DNA of 64,000 nucleotides from Gammaproteobacteria bacterium (GCA_965237805.1 OZ250153.1:864001-928000), one strand, 5' to 3'. Shown: positions 38,352 to 48,724, numbered from the stretch's first letter. Notes: generated from the sequence alone by a model not told the origin. A program made the numbers and translations.

Positions 38352-38461
38352 GTGGATGCAGGCGGCACCCGAGATCTCCTTTTCCTAAGCGTCCATTGAA
38401 ATGGCTAACGGGGATGCCGCCACCGTGCTGTCGACACACCGTGCACATGGGGCTAAAAACA

Positions 38462-39502
38462 ATGACTTTGCTCAAGCATAAAAGTTGTAACAACATAATC
38501 CAGCTTGGGTTGGTGTCGCTCGTTGTGTTGTTGAGTTCCTGTGCTGACTATGCGACGGTGTATACGAAATCGCCGAGTACAGCGGAGCCACATGCGGCCA
38601 TTTGGCCCGCCAAGACCTACTATCGAAACGTCGATGTTCGGGGACACAATATCTTCTATCGAGAGGCTGGCGACCCAGCGCATCCGACCGTACTCTTACT
38701 GCATGGTTATCCGTCTTCGTCGCACACTTATCGCGAGCTCATCCCACTCCTTTCCGGGCACTACCATGTGATCGCTCCCGACTATCTGGGCTCTGGCTTT
38801 AGCGATCATCCCACCGATGTGAGCTATAGTTTCGATCTGCTCGCGGAATACCTAGCTGCGTTTATCGCCGAGCTCGGCCTGAAAAATTACTTTCTCTATA
38901 TGCAGGACTTCGGGGCGCCGGTGGGCTTTCGCGTCGCCATGGCCAATCCCGACCGTCTGTGTGGATTAATCGTGCAAAACGCCAACGCATACCTCGATGG
39001 ACTCACACCCGCACGCCAAGCATTTTTTCGCCGTGCCAATAGAGATCGCTCCCCCGCACACGTCGCCAAACTGAGCGGGTTTGTCAGCGATGAAGCCGTC
39101 AAATTGAAGCAATACCTGCGCGATGTGCCGGGGGATAAATCGACCCGCATGAGCCCCGATGCCTGGATCCACGATATCGCTTTAATGCCACAGCCTGCAG
39201 ACCGGATGATCCAGGTGCAATTATTGCAGGACTATCAGACCAATATCGACGCGTACCCGAGCTGGCAAGCCTTTCTGCGCGAGCAACAGCCCCCCACACT
39301 CATCGTCTGGGGGCGACACGATCCCGCATTTATTCACGCCGGTGCCAGTGCCTACCTGAGAGATGTCCCGAATGCGGAGCTCCACCTGCTCGATGCGGGT
39401 CACTTTGCCGTCGAAGAGCAAAGCGCCACCATCGCACAATACATGGTTCATTTCATCGAGCGCACTGCGGGGTCAGGGCGACGCTGCTCCGATGACAGCT
39501 AG
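38462..39502 (+). CDS. Alpha/beta hydrolase (epoxide hydrolase/dehalogenase-like), possible lipoprotein
   Basis: LLSSC lipobox; LLHGYPSSSH, QDFGAPVG, DAGHFA. Confidence 0.88.
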   Translation: MTLLKHKSCNNIIQLGLVSLVVLLSSCADYATVYTKSPSTAEPHAAIWPAKTYYRNVDVRGHNIFYREAGDPAHPTVLLLHGYPSSSHTYRELIPLLSGHYHVIAPDYLGSGFSDHPTDVSYSFDLLAEYLAAFIAELGLKNYFLYMQDFGAPVGFRVAMANPDRLCGLIVQNANAYLDGLTPARQAFFRRANRDRSPAHVAKLSGFVSDEAVKLKQYLRDVPGDKSTRMSPDAWIHDIALMPQPADRMIQVQLLQDYQTNIDAYPSWQAFLREQQPPTLIVWGRHDPAFIHAGASAYLRDVPNAELHLLDAGHFAVEEQSATIAQYMVHFIERTAGSGRRCSDDS

Positions 39503-39651
39503 CGTGATGGGTGCCACTCAGCTCCTGAACAGCGCGGCATAACAGCCGAAACGGCATCTTCGGGAGGCCTCTCTCGCTTGCCCAAACACGGTGTCTGTGC
39601 TATGTTTCTCTATGAATTGCGGCGCGAGCCGCGCCGTGCGTGGAGATAGCA

Positions 39652-40596
39652 ATGAGCGTCAGTGTGGCCGTAATCGGCTCCGGCAATATCGGCACCGATC
39701 TGATGATCAAGATTCTGCACGGCACCGGGCCGCTGGAGATGGGATGCCTGGTCGGCATCGACCCCGACTCAGACGGCCTCGCCCGCGCTCGCAAACTGGG
39801 GGTTGCCACCACCCATGAGGGTGTCGAGGGGCTGCTCAAAATGCCCGGCTTCCAAGACATTCGCATCGTCTTCGATGCCACCTCTGCCAGCGCGCACCGC
39901 CACAACTGGGAGGTCTTGCGCAAGCACGGCAAGCAGATGATCGATCTGACACCAGCGGCCATCGGCCCCTACGCCGTGCCGGTGGTCAATCTGGAAGAAC
40001 ACCTCGATAAAGACAACGTCAATCTGGTCACCTGCGGCGGCCAAGCGACCATCCCGATGGTGGCGGCGGTGAACCGCATCGCCCCGGTGCGCTACGCTGA
40101 GATCGTGTCCTCGGTGTCGTCGCGTTCAGCCGGGCCGGGCACGCGCGCCAACATCGATGAATTCACCCAGACCACGGCGCGTGGCATCGAGCAGGTGGGC
40201 GGTGCCGAACGCGGCAAGGCCATCATCATCTTGAACCCGGCCGAGCCGCCCTTGCTGATGCGCAATACCGTGTTCACGCTGAGCGACGAAGCCGACGAGG
40301 ATGCCTTGCGTGAGTCCATCGACACGATGGTCGCCGCCGTGCAGAGCTATGTGCCGGGCTACCGCCTGAAACAACACGTACAGTTCGAGCACCACGGTAC
40401 TGACAGCCCACTGCACATCCCCGGACACGGCGATGTCAGCGGCGTGCGCAGCTCGATCTTTCTCGAAGTCGAGGGTGCGGGGCACTACCTGCCCGCCTAC
40501 GCTGGCAACTTGGACATCATGACCTCAGCGGCGCTGGGCACTGGCGAGCGGCTGGCGCAACTGAAGTTCGGTGCCGACTTAGATCAGGCGGCCTGA
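39652..40596 (+). CDS. mhpF: Acetaldehyde dehydrogenase (acylating), MhpF/DmpF/HsaG family
   Basis: [42 protein letters not shown]. Confidence 0.95.
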   Translation: MSVSVAVIGSGNIGTDLMIKILHGTGPLEMGCLVGIDPDSDGLARARKLGVATTHEGVEGLLKMPGFQDIRIVFDATSASAHRHNWEVLRKHGKQMIDLTPAAIGPYAVPVVNLEEHLDKDNVNLVTCGGQATIPMVAAVNRIAPVRYAEIVSSVSSRSAGPGTRANIDEFTQTTARGIEQVGGAERGKAIIILNPAEPPLLMRNTVFTLSDEADEDALRESIDTMVAAVQSYVPGYRLKQHVQFEHHGTDSPLHIPGHGDVSGVRSSIFLEVEGAGHYLPAYAGNLDIMTSAALGTGERLAQLKFGADLDQAA

Positions 40597-40633
40597 GAGG
40601 CAGCAGAGTACAGGCAATGACGGGGATAGAGCA

Positions 40634-41734
40634 ATGAGCGAAATCAAGCGGGCCAAGGCCATCACCGAGGACGGTGCCAAGCTGTTCATTCAGGATGTGA
40701 CGTTGCGCGACGGCATGCATGCCATCCGCCATATGTATGGCATCGAGCATGTGCAGAAGATCGCACGGGCACTCGACGCGGCGCGGGTGGATGCGCTGGA
40801 AGTGGCGCACGGCGACGGCTTGGCTGGCTCCAGCTTCAACTACGGCTTCGGCGCACACACCGACAAAGAGTGGATCGCGGCGGTGGCCGATGTGCTGGAG
40901 CACGCACGGCTGACGACGCTGATCCTGCCCGGTATCGCCGTCAAGGGAGACTTGAAATGGGCGTGGGACTTGGGGGTGCGTTCGGTGCGCGTGGCGACGC
41001 ACTGCACCGAGGCCGATGTCTCGCGCCAGCACATCGAATACGCCCGCGAGCTGGGCATGGACACTGTCGGCTTTCTGATGATGTCGCATATGAGCGGGCC
41101 CGAGGCGCTGGCCGAACAAGCCGCTCTGATGGAGAGCTACGGGGCGCAGTGCGTCTATGTCGTAGACAGCGGCGGGGCGCTGAACATGGACGACACCGAG
41201 GCGCGCTTCCGCGCTTTCGACGCCGCGCTCAAGCCCGAGACCGAACGCGGCATCCACGCGCACCACAACTTGGCCTTGGGCGTGGCCAATTCAGTGGTGG
41301 CGGTGCAAAACGGTGCCAACCGGGTGGACGCCTCGCTGGCCGGCATGGGTGCCGGTGCTGGCAATGCGCCACTGGAGGTATTCATCGCAGCAGTGGAGCG
41401 CATGGGCTGGAACCACGGCTGCGAATTGTATCCACTGATGGATGCCGCCGACGACTTGGTGCGACCACTGCAAGATCGCCCGGTGCGGGTGGACCGCGAG
41501 ACGCTGTCCTTGGGCTACGCCGGGGTCTATTCCAGCTTCCTGCGTCACGCCGAGCGGGCGGCGGAGCGCTACGAGTTGGAGACGCGGGACATCCTCGTCG
41601 AGCTGGGACGCCGCCGTATGGTCGGCGGACAGGAAGACATGATCGTCGATGTGGCGCTGGACATGGTGAAAGCGCGGGAAGGTGCTGGCGAGGCGGCGGC
41701 GGACAGCGAGGGCCAGCGCAAGGCGGCGGGGTGA
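40634..41734 (+). CDS. mhpE: 4-hydroxy-2-oxovalerate aldolase, MhpE/DmpG/HsaF family
   Basis: [40 protein letters not shown]. Confidence 0.95.
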   Translation: MSEIKRAKAITEDGAKLFIQDVTLRDGMHAIRHMYGIEHVQKIARALDAARVDALEVAHGDGLAGSSFNYGFGAHTDKEWIAAVADVLEHARLTTLILPGIAVKGDLKWAWDLGVRSVRVATHCTEADVSRQHIEYARELGMDTVGFLMMSHMSGPEALAEQAALMESYGAQCVYVVDSGGALNMDDTEARFRAFDAALKPETERGIHAHHNLALGVANSVVAVQNGANRVDASLAGMGAGAGNAPLEVFIAAVERMGWNHGCELYPLMDAADDLVRPLQDRPVRVDRETLSLGYAGVYSSFLRHAERAAERYELETRDILVELGRRRMVGGQEDMIVDVALDMVKAREGAGEAAADSEGQRKAAG

Positions 41735-43284
41735 TGGCTAAAGACAAAAATCGCAAAACCATACCGGCTATTCGCATTGAACAATGGATGCAGGAGTGGG
41801 AGGAAATACCTGACTCACAGGAGATGGAGAGGCATTTCTATGCTTTCAGCATGAATGTTTTAGATCTGAAGCGATTAAGCGCTGTACATCAACGTAGCAC
41901 TCAAGGGAGAGAGAGTGCTAGTCAGGATGACAATATACAACGAAGGCTAGATATAGGGAGATCTAAAAAGATTGCTCAGTATGTGCGCTATGGGTACCCG
42001 ATGGACACTGTCACAAAAACCGCACAGGAAAAGGAAGATATAAGCCTGCGTAATCCCGGATGGTTGCCTGCCATTATAGTAAATATCGTCAAGAGTGAAG
42101 ATACAAGAATATTGAGAAAGGATGCAGTAAAAATCGAAGATAATGGGAATTCAAGATTTGAGATCAAACTACCAAACGGATTTAACAAGAATTGGGAGCC
42201 TACAGCACTACACCCAATCGAAGTCATTGATGGGCAACACAGGCTTGCTGCATTCGAAGAAACCACTGAGGAGGGCAAATATGAAAAATATGAGTTGCCA
42301 GTTATCGCATTCCACGGCCTTAGCCGCGCAAAGCAAGCCTATCTGTTTTACACAATTAACATACGCCCCAAAAAAATAAATACAAGTTTGGCTTATGATT
42401 TATACCCATTGTTGAGGCAAGCAACATGGCTGGAAAGCGGCCCAGATGCCCACAAGGTGCAGGCATACAGGGAGATCAGGGCACGCGAGATTATCGACCT
42501 GCTGTGGGGGCACCCCAAGAGCCCGTGGCAGCATCGTATAAATATGCTTGGAGAATCCTTGGGGCAGGAGGCTGGAACCCAAGTATCACAAGCAGCTTGG
42601 GTGCGGTCACTATATAGTACTTTCATGAAAAAATCCACAAGTAAAATTGGTGGTTTATACTATGCTAAAAACCTTAATTCCGACAACGAAAACAACGATC
42701 CATGGGCTTGGCCTATTAGTCAGCAAGTAGCTCTTTTGATAACAATGGGGAATATGCTACGGCACCATCTGAATAATAGTGAGTCCTTCAATAGCAAATT
42801 TTGTCTTCTAAACCAAGATGTTGGCATGCGAGGTTTGTTAAATTTATGGAATGACATGCTTTTTACTTGGGCAAGTGAATCTTCCAACAATGCCAAACAA
42901 TTGCACGACGCTTTCAAGTTGCCACCCCCAACAGGACAGCAAGAGGAGCCCTCAGAGGCACACAATGAATTGCACAAAAAAATAGATATGTGTCTTCAAA
43001 AAAGCATGGTCAGGGATCCGACAGATGAAAATTCAGCACTAGATTTCATGGACAACTTGTCTAAACATCTTTCCAGTTATAATTGGAACACTTTCAAGCA
43101 TGAAGCAGTGCAGCAATTACCTGCAGATTCTATCACCCGGATCCAAAAACAAGCCTTGCGAGGATCCGCCGGATACAAAATCATACGAGAAGGGCTGATC
43201 AAGCATATACAGGATCAGGGCAGCAATACGGAAATTTCAAATATAGCAAGCATTATATCGGAAAAACATGGAATCCAACCCTAA
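41734..43284 (+). CDS. DGQHR-domain (DndB/ParB-like) protein
   Basis: IQRR, PGWLP.IIVNI, IEVIDGQHRL, QAYLFYTIN..PKKIN.SLAYDL; ATG overlaps the mhpE stop (TGATG); AT-rich. Confidence 0.9.
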   Translation: MAKDKNRKTIPAIRIEQWMQEWEEIPDSQEMERHFYAFSMNVLDLKRLSAVHQRSTQGRESASQDDNIQRRLDIGRSKKIAQYVRYGYPMDTVTKTAQEKEDISLRNPGWLPAIIVNIVKSEDTRILRKDAVKIEDNGNSRFEIKLPNGFNKNWEPTALHPIEVIDGQHRLAAFEETTEEGKYEKYELPVIAFHGLSRAKQAYLFYTINIRPKKINTSLAYDLYPLLRQATWLESGPDAHKVQAYREIRAREIIDLLWGHPKSPWQHRINMLGESLGQEAGTQVSQAAWVRSLYSTFMKKSTSKIGGLYYAKNLNSDNENNDPWAWPISQQVALLITMGNMLRHHLNNSESFNSKFCLLNQDVGMRGLLNLWNDMLFTWASESSNNAKQLHDAFKLPPPTGQQEEPSEAHNELHKKIDMCLQKSMVRDPTDENSALDFMDNLSKHLSSYNWNTFKHEAVQQLPADSITRIQKQALRGSAGYKIIREGLIKHIQDQGSNTEISNIASIISEKHGIQP

Positions 43285-43292
43285 AATCTATT

Positions 43293-44570
43293 ATGAGTTC
43301 CCAGGGGCAGCGCAGAAACACGGAAGAAATGATGGGAGTATTTGACCGTGCATCCACTGCCAGTGTCGCAGGGGCTGCCGCGGAAATTCAGATTGAAGAT
43401 TTCAATTTTTCCACCCTAAACCCAAGTAATAGTTCACCTAAAAATACACATTTTTTGGCTAGCGCGATAGCGCATGGGCTAGATGGGTGGGAATATTTGG
43501 GTATGGCACTTATGAGCCACCTCCATGGCAGGCATATAATAGCCTTCCATCTGGCTTATTACGCACAGTTGAGAGCAGCTAAATCCCTATTATGCTGCAA
43601 CGGAATCTATCTAGAAGGCAGCATTGCATATGTTCTGAAAGAAAGCCAGTATAAGGGTGAGAGAGAACAATTGTCAGGGGCAAAAGGGCCGCATGAAATA
43701 ATATGGGAAATGCACAATAAAATGCCTGCAGAAAGTTGGATTGACAATGTATTCGGCTTCAATATACTGGAATTTATTAAGGACGTAACAGATGGCATGG
43801 TCGGCGATGAAGCAGTTTCCAAAGTTATTCAAAAACTAAAACAGCAACTCGGCAGAGAATCTGCATTCAGCGATAAAACAAAGTTCTACAGAAATCATGT
43901 GAGTTATCAAGCTCAATCTATTATTAAGGGTGAAAATACGGCAGAATCAATCGACGATAAATATGAATTTGCAAAGACATTTTGGGCCACAATGTCTCCA
44001 GACATAGCAATAAAATTAATCTTGATTTCTGAAATTTTACGAAGCCTAAAAAGATATGTGTCCAGATCACATTTAGCACGCTATAAGCTGAAAATTGAAT
44101 CCGCACTGCAAGATCATGGAATTGATCAGGGAGGGATAGAATGGATAACAAGAGGACCAGATAGTGAAGATGGTAAAAGTATTCAATTTTGGGCTCTGCA
44201 AGAGGATATATTAATGGGAGAGGATTTTTCCAAAGTGGCACCGCATTATGTGCAATGCGCTATAAGCAGAGGCGCCTTATTGCTCCAGATCGCATCGGAT
44301 GCCTGCAAGGACAGGATCGGAGACTCTCAGAATGCTAAATCAGTAGTACACGAAGTGGCAGAATTGTTTGGTGAGAAAAGGGCTCTGTGGGAAGACTCAG
44401 GAGAGATCGAAAGGTATGCTGATTTATACATTCCTATAACAAGTTATTTCGATGATGGGGATGGGGGAGATGATGCGAGAAAATGGACGTCTATACAAAA
44501 AATAGCGGCACTGGGATGTGAAAGAATTGCGCTCTGGCTACTCATGCCAGATGATGGGCCTGAATCGTGA
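43293..44570 (+). CDS. Putative HEPN-fold protein
   Basis: HLAYYAQLRAAKSLL..NG, conserved-looking His (GPHE), and YRNHVSY (R-x4-Y) match the HEPN pattern. Confidence 0.6.
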   Translation: MSSQGQRRNTEEMMGVFDRASTASVAGAAAEIQIEDFNFSTLNPSNSSPKNTHFLASAIAHGLDGWEYLGMALMSHLHGRHIIAFHLAYYAQLRAAKSLLCCNGIYLEGSIAYVLKESQYKGEREQLSGAKGPHEIIWEMHNKMPAESWIDNVFGFNILEFIKDVTDGMVGDEAVSKVIQKLKQQLGRESAFSDKTKFYRNHVSYQAQSIIKGENTAESIDDKYEFAKTFWATMSPDIAIKLILISEILRSLKRYVSRSHLARYKLKIESALQDHGIDQGGIEWITRGPDSEDGKSIQFWALQEDILMGEDFSKVAPHYVQCAISRGALLLQIASDACKDRIGDSQNAKSVVHEVAELFGEKRALWEDSGEIERYADLYIPITSYFDDGDGGDDARKWTSIQKIAALGCERIALWLLMPDDGPES

Positions 44571-45697
44571 CTATAAAATATATGGGCTCAAAACAAAATA
44601 TGCTTGCAAATGGTCTTGGAAAATTATTAAAGAAAGAATGCGAAGGGAGAAAAAGATTCGTTGACCTATTTTGTGGATCTGGATCTGTATCCCATTACAT
44701 GGCAGAGCACAGTTCTCTGCCTGTTGTAGCGGTTGATCTACAGAAGTATTCCACTATGCTTTCTAATGCCATAATAAATCGAACCGACACTGTCGAGCCA
44801 AGTATATTTGACCAATGGCTGAGTCGTATTAATTCCAAAAGGATCAAGCGAAAATTCCGGAACATGGAATATAAGGAAAATCACTGTTTCAAGGAGTACG
44901 CAGAACAAGCACGAATGTCTTGTGCGCAATCACGCGGCTATATAACCAAAGCATATGGGGGTCATTATTTTAGCCCACAACAAGCATTGACTTTAGATGT
45001 GGCATTGGAAACCGCTCCTCAACGTCAGCCCGATTACACGATGGGTATCGCAGCTCTCATTGTGGCTGCAAGTAAGTGTGCTGCCGCCCCTGGCCATACG
45101 GCACAGCCATTGAATCCATATAAAAAAGCATCTAAATTTGTTCGGCGAGCATGGGAGAATGATATTCTTATTATTTTAAAAAATACTCTAATAAATTTCT
45201 CCCAAAGAAAAGCACAAAAAAGAGGGGGTGCTTTGGTGTCAAATGCAAATGATTTTGCCAAGGAAGTAAGGCGTGGCGACCTAGTGTTTATTGATCCTCC
45301 ATATTCCGAAGTGCAATATAGCAGATTCTATCATGTGTTAGAAACAATTGCTCAAGGACGTTGCAGTAAAGTTTCTGGCGTTGGGCGCTATCCTCCTCAG
45401 CTAGAGAGGCCTAGATCAGAATATAGTCTCCGCTCGCAATCAAGTAAAGCTTTAGAATCTATATTAGATATTTTATCTTCCAAAGGTTGTAAAGTGGTGA
45501 TGACGTTTCCAAGAAAAGAGTGTAGCAATGGGTTATCAGGTGACCAGGTGATTTCCTTGTCTGAAAAATACTTTAGGAATGTAGCAACGACAACACCGGA
45601 TCATGCGGAATTAAGCACTTTAGGTGGTTTTAAGGATACAAAACGTGGAGCCCGCCAAGTATCAACAGAAATGATCCTGACCTTATCAACACATTGA
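44567..45697 (+). CDS. D12-class (alpha) N6-adenine DNA methyltransferase, M.NlaIII/M.FokI-like
   Basis: KYMGSK, FVDLFCGSGSVS, FIDPPY..VQYSRFYHVLETI; GTGA overlap with the upstream gene. Confidence 0.92.
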   Translation: MTIKYMGSKQNMLANGLGKLLKKECEGRKRFVDLFCGSGSVSHYMAEHSSLPVVAVDLQKYSTMLSNAIINRTDTVEPSIFDQWLSRINSKRIKRKFRNMEYKENHCFKEYAEQARMSCAQSRGYITKAYGGHYFSPQQALTLDVALETAPQRQPDYTMGIAALIVAASKCAAAPGHTAQPLNPYKKASKFVRRAWENDILIILKNTLINFSQRKAQKRGGALVSNANDFAKEVRRGDLVFIDPPYSEVQYSRFYHVLETIAQGRCSKVSGVGRYPPQLERPRSEYSLRSQSSKALESILDILSSKGCKVVMTFPRKECSNGLSGDQVISLSEKYFRNVATTTPDHAELSTLGGFKDTKRGARQVSTEMILTLSTH

Positions 45698-45724
45698 TGA
45701 CCGACCAGAACCACACGCCCCCCC

Positions 45725-46051
45725 ATGCCATACCTCTACCTCACCCTAGCCATCGTCACCGAAGTCATCGGCACCAGCGCGCTCAAGGCCTCAGAAGGCT
45801 TTACGCTGTGGCGGCCCAGTGCGCTGACGATGTTCAGTTACGCCCTGTCGTTGTATTTTTTTGCCCTGTCGTTGAAAACCATTCCGGTCGGCGTCGCCTA
45901 CGCCATCTGGGCTGGCGCTGGCATCGCTCTGATTACTCTCGTCGGGGCGGCAGTCTTCAAGCAGTACCCGGACGGCCCAGCTCTGTTCGGTATCGCCCTG
46001 ATCTGCGCTGGTGTGATCACCATCTATCTGTTCTCTAAAATGGCACACTAA
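45725..46051 (+). CDS. SMR family multidrug efflux protein (EmrE/QacE-like)
   Basis: AIVTEVIGTSALKASEGFT, IPVGVAYAIWAG.G. Confidence 0.95.
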   Translation: MPYLYLTLAIVTEVIGTSALKASEGFTLWRPSALTMFSYALSLYFFALSLKTIPVGVAYAIWAGAGIALITLVGAAVFKQYPDGPALFGIALICAGVITIYLFSKMAH

Positions 46052-46087
46052 ACATCGTAGCACCCGCTTGGGAGTAGACCTCACGCT

Positions 46088-47155
46088 ATGCCCCACCACC
46101 GCATTCTCATCGTCGGGGCCGGGCCGACCGGTCTGACCGCCGCGCTGGAACTGGCCCGCCGCGGTATCGTGCCCGAGGTGGTGGAGAAACGCGCCACGCC
46201 CTCCGGTCTCTCCCGCGCTGTCGGTATCCTGCCCCGCACCATGCGCCTGCTACAGCCCTCGGGCGTGAGTGAAGCCATCCGCAATGAGGCCGTCGCCATA
46301 GGCGGCGTGCGCCTCCACCTAGACGATGCCCTCATTGCCCGCATCGCACTGAACCTGGAGAGCGACCCCAACAACCGCCTCTTCGCGCTGGCGCAAGACC
46401 GCACCGAGACGCACCTGTGCGAGGCCTTCACCCGCCATGGCGGCTCCGTGCGCTATGGCGCGACACTGGAGGCCATCACGCAAACGGAGGATAAAGTCCA
46501 AGTCACCGTCGATGGCAGCCCCGACGACTATGACTATGTGATCGGTGCCGACGGCGCGGGGAGCGTGGTGCGACAGGCGCTGGGCATCGCCTTCGACGGC
46601 ATCGATCTGCCAGAAAAATGGGCAATCGCCGATGTCGACTGCCCCGATTGGCCCTCCCCAGAGTGTTTTTGCCTCTACCTGTGCAGCGCTGGACGCGTCG
46701 TCGTCGTCGTGCCGCTGGAGGCCACACGCTTTCGCGTCATCTCCAATACTGAAGATGCCTTGGCCACCCTGCCCGTGCCGATGCCGGTCAGCCACATCCG
46801 CCGACAGGCCAGCTTCCACATCGCTGTACGGCAGGCGACGCACTACCGACAGGGCCGCGTTTTTCTCGCTGGCGATGCCGCCCACTGCCACTCGCCGGTC
46901 GGTGGGCGCGGCATGAATCTGGGCATCGCCGATGCCGCCGAGCTGGCTCGGTGCATAGTCGAGGATGATCTGGACGGCTATCAGGCGGCGCGCCATCCAC
47001 ATGGCACGCAAACCATCGCGATGAGCGAGCGCGCCAGAAAAACTGCCACCGCTTCCTCGGCGTGGCGGCGTGGGCTGTTGACCGTGCCGATACGGCTGGC
47101 GAGCGCCCTGCCACCCCTGCAACGGCGCTTGGGCAGAGTGCTGTTAGATCTCTGA
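46088..47155 (+). CDS. FAD-dependent monooxygenase
   Basis: VGAGPTGL, IGADGAGS, LAGDAAHCHSPVGGRGMNLG. Confidence 0.93.
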   Translation: MPHHRILIVGAGPTGLTAALELARRGIVPEVVEKRATPSGLSRAVGILPRTMRLLQPSGVSEAIRNEAVAIGGVRLHLDDALIARIALNLESDPNNRLFALAQDRTETHLCEAFTRHGGSVRYGATLEAITQTEDKVQVTVDGSPDDYDYVIGADGAGSVVRQALGIAFDGIDLPEKWAIADVDCPDWPSPECFCLYLCSAGRVVVVVPLEATRFRVISNTEDALATLPVPMPVSHIRRQASFHIAVRQATHYRQGRVFLAGDAAHCHSPVGGRGMNLGIADAAELARCIVEDDLDGYQAARHPHGTQTIAMSERARKTATASSAWRRGLLTVPIRLASALPPLQRRLGRVLLDL

Positions 47156-47262
47156 GGGCATCGCCCACGCTCGCGGTCACCAGCTTCGCAACTGGAAAAT
47201 CTCCTCCGCCGACGGTCGCACAGCAACTGCAAAGTCTGCCATAATAGCCCTCGTCCAATCCA

Positions 47263-47453
47263 TCGGATGGGAGAGCGCAGGGGCGGTGACACCGCCAAAC
47301 TGCCGCCGAAGGAGCAACCGCCCCGGAAACTCTCAGGCTCCCGTACCATTCGACGGGGACACTCTGGAAAGTGGCTCCACAAGAGCCCACCGAAGGGGCA
47401 AACCCAGCGCCAAACCGCACTGGGTGAATCTCTCAGGTTCAGCAACAGAGGGG
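47263..47453 (+). ncRNA. Tandem glycine riboswitch
   Basis: Two aptamers: GGAGAG..CCGAAGGAGCAA..AAACTCTCAGG and CTCTGGAAAG..CCGAAGGGGCAA..AATCTCTCAGG, upstream of gcvT. Confidence 0.93.
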
Positions 47454-47512
47454 CTGCCAGCGTCGCACAACCAGCGTGCGACACCGGAGCCCGCCGCTGA
47501 CCGGAGACCTCA

Positions 47513-48697
47513 ATGAGCGCTGCCCCCGCCCGCGGCATCCCACTCCCAGTGGCACCAGCCACCCCCAGCGCAGCCCTCCCCGCCCGACCGTCGGTTCCCG
47601 CATTGCGCCCGACGCCACTGGCCGAGCTACACCGCGCACTCGATGCCCGCATGACGGCTTTCGCTGGCTGGTCGCTACCGTTGCACTACCCGGCTGGCAT
47701 CCGCGCCGAACACTTGCACTGCCGCGATGCCGCCGCACTGTTCGATGTCTCACATATGGGACAGATCACCGTGCGGGGCGCAACGGCGCGCACGGCACTC
47801 GAAGCGCTGCTGCCCACCGATCTGTCCACCCTCGCCCGAGGGTGCTGCCGCTATTCTCTGCTGCTGGACGAGTACGGCGGCATCCTCGACGACTTGATCA
47901 TCAACTCCCACAGCGGGGGCTATACCCTCGTCGTCAACGCCTCCCGCAGCGCCGCTGACTTGGCCCATATCCGTGCGGCCCTGCCCACCGGAGCCGCAGC
48001 CGAGCTACTCGAAGGGAGCGCTCTGCTGGCGCTACAAGGCCCGGCCGCTGGCCCCGTGCTGGCCGCCATATTGCCCGGCACCACGGCACTGTATTTCATG
48101 GAATCCGCCGAGCTGCCATTCGACGGAGCCAAGCTGCAAGTCTGCCGCACTGGCTACACCGGCGAGGACGGCTTCGAGATCTCTGTCCCACCAACAGTGG
48201 CGACGGCACTGGCTCAGCGACTGTTGGCCGACCCGCGAGTGCGGCCCGCTGGCCTCGGCGCACGCGACTCGTTGCGACTCGAGGCCGGATTGCCGTTACA
48301 CGGCCAAGACATCGGCACGGACACCAACCCGATCGAGGCGGGTCTGGGCTTTGCCATCAGCCCGACCCGGCAGCGGCACGGCGGCTTTCCGGGGGCGGCT
48401 TGCATCGCCACCGAGCTGGACACGCCGCCCGCCCGCTGCCGGGTCGGGCTACGCCCAGAAGGCCGCCAGCCGGTGCGCGCTGGGGCGCTACTGCTGCGCG
48501 ACGGCCACCCGGTCGGGCAGATCAGTAGCGGCGGTTTCTCCCCCAGCATCGCTGCCCCCATCGCCATGGGCTACGTGGAGGCCGACTCGGCTGTCCCCGG
48601 ACAAGCCTTGATCGCCGTGGCGCGTGGGCGCGAACACCCACTGCGCGTCACCGCCCTGCCCTTCACCCCATCCCGACAGCGGCACCGACCGCGCTGA
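47513..48697 (+). CDS. gcvT: Glycine cleavage system aminomethyltransferase T
   Basis: LFDVSHMGQ, RTGYTGEDGFEI, GLGARDSLRLEAG. Confidence 0.96.
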   Translation: MSAAPARGIPLPVAPATPSAALPARPSVPALRPTPLAELHRALDARMTAFAGWSLPLHYPAGIRAEHLHCRDAAALFDVSHMGQITVRGATARTALEALLPTDLSTLARGCCRYSLLLDEYGGILDDLIINSHSGGYTLVVNASRSAADLAHIRAALPTGAAAELLEGSALLALQGPAAGPVLAAILPGTTALYFMESAELPFDGAKLQVCRTGYTGEDGFEISVPPTVATALAQRLLADPRVRPAGLGARDSLRLEAGLPLHGQDIGTDTNPIEAGLGFAISPTRQRHGGFPGAACIATELDTPPARCRVGLRPEGRQPVRAGALLLRDGHPVGQISSGGFSPSIAAPIAMGYVEADSAVPGQALIAVARGREHPLRVTALPFTPSRQRHRPR

Positions 48698-48724
48698 CAC
48701 CCCCACCGCCACCAGAGCCTACCC

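Noticed and set aside
38147-38461. Long N-terminal extension of the alpha/beta hydrolase
   Set aside because: Off-frame read through the lemA pseudogene; the signal peptide begins near 38462
40870-43284. 804-aa ORF suggesting a long N-terminal extension on the DGQHR protein
   Set aside because: The first 288 codons are an off-frame shadow of mhpE; composition and protein character change at ATG 41734
41734-45697. Classical Dnd phosphorothioation or Dpd system
   Set aside because: No DndA/C/D/E or DpdA/queuosine-pathway genes in the window; the partner is an adenine methylase
41730-45700. TGATG at both ends of the DGQHR cassette as a target duplication
   Set aside because: Only 5 bp and expected from stop/start overlaps
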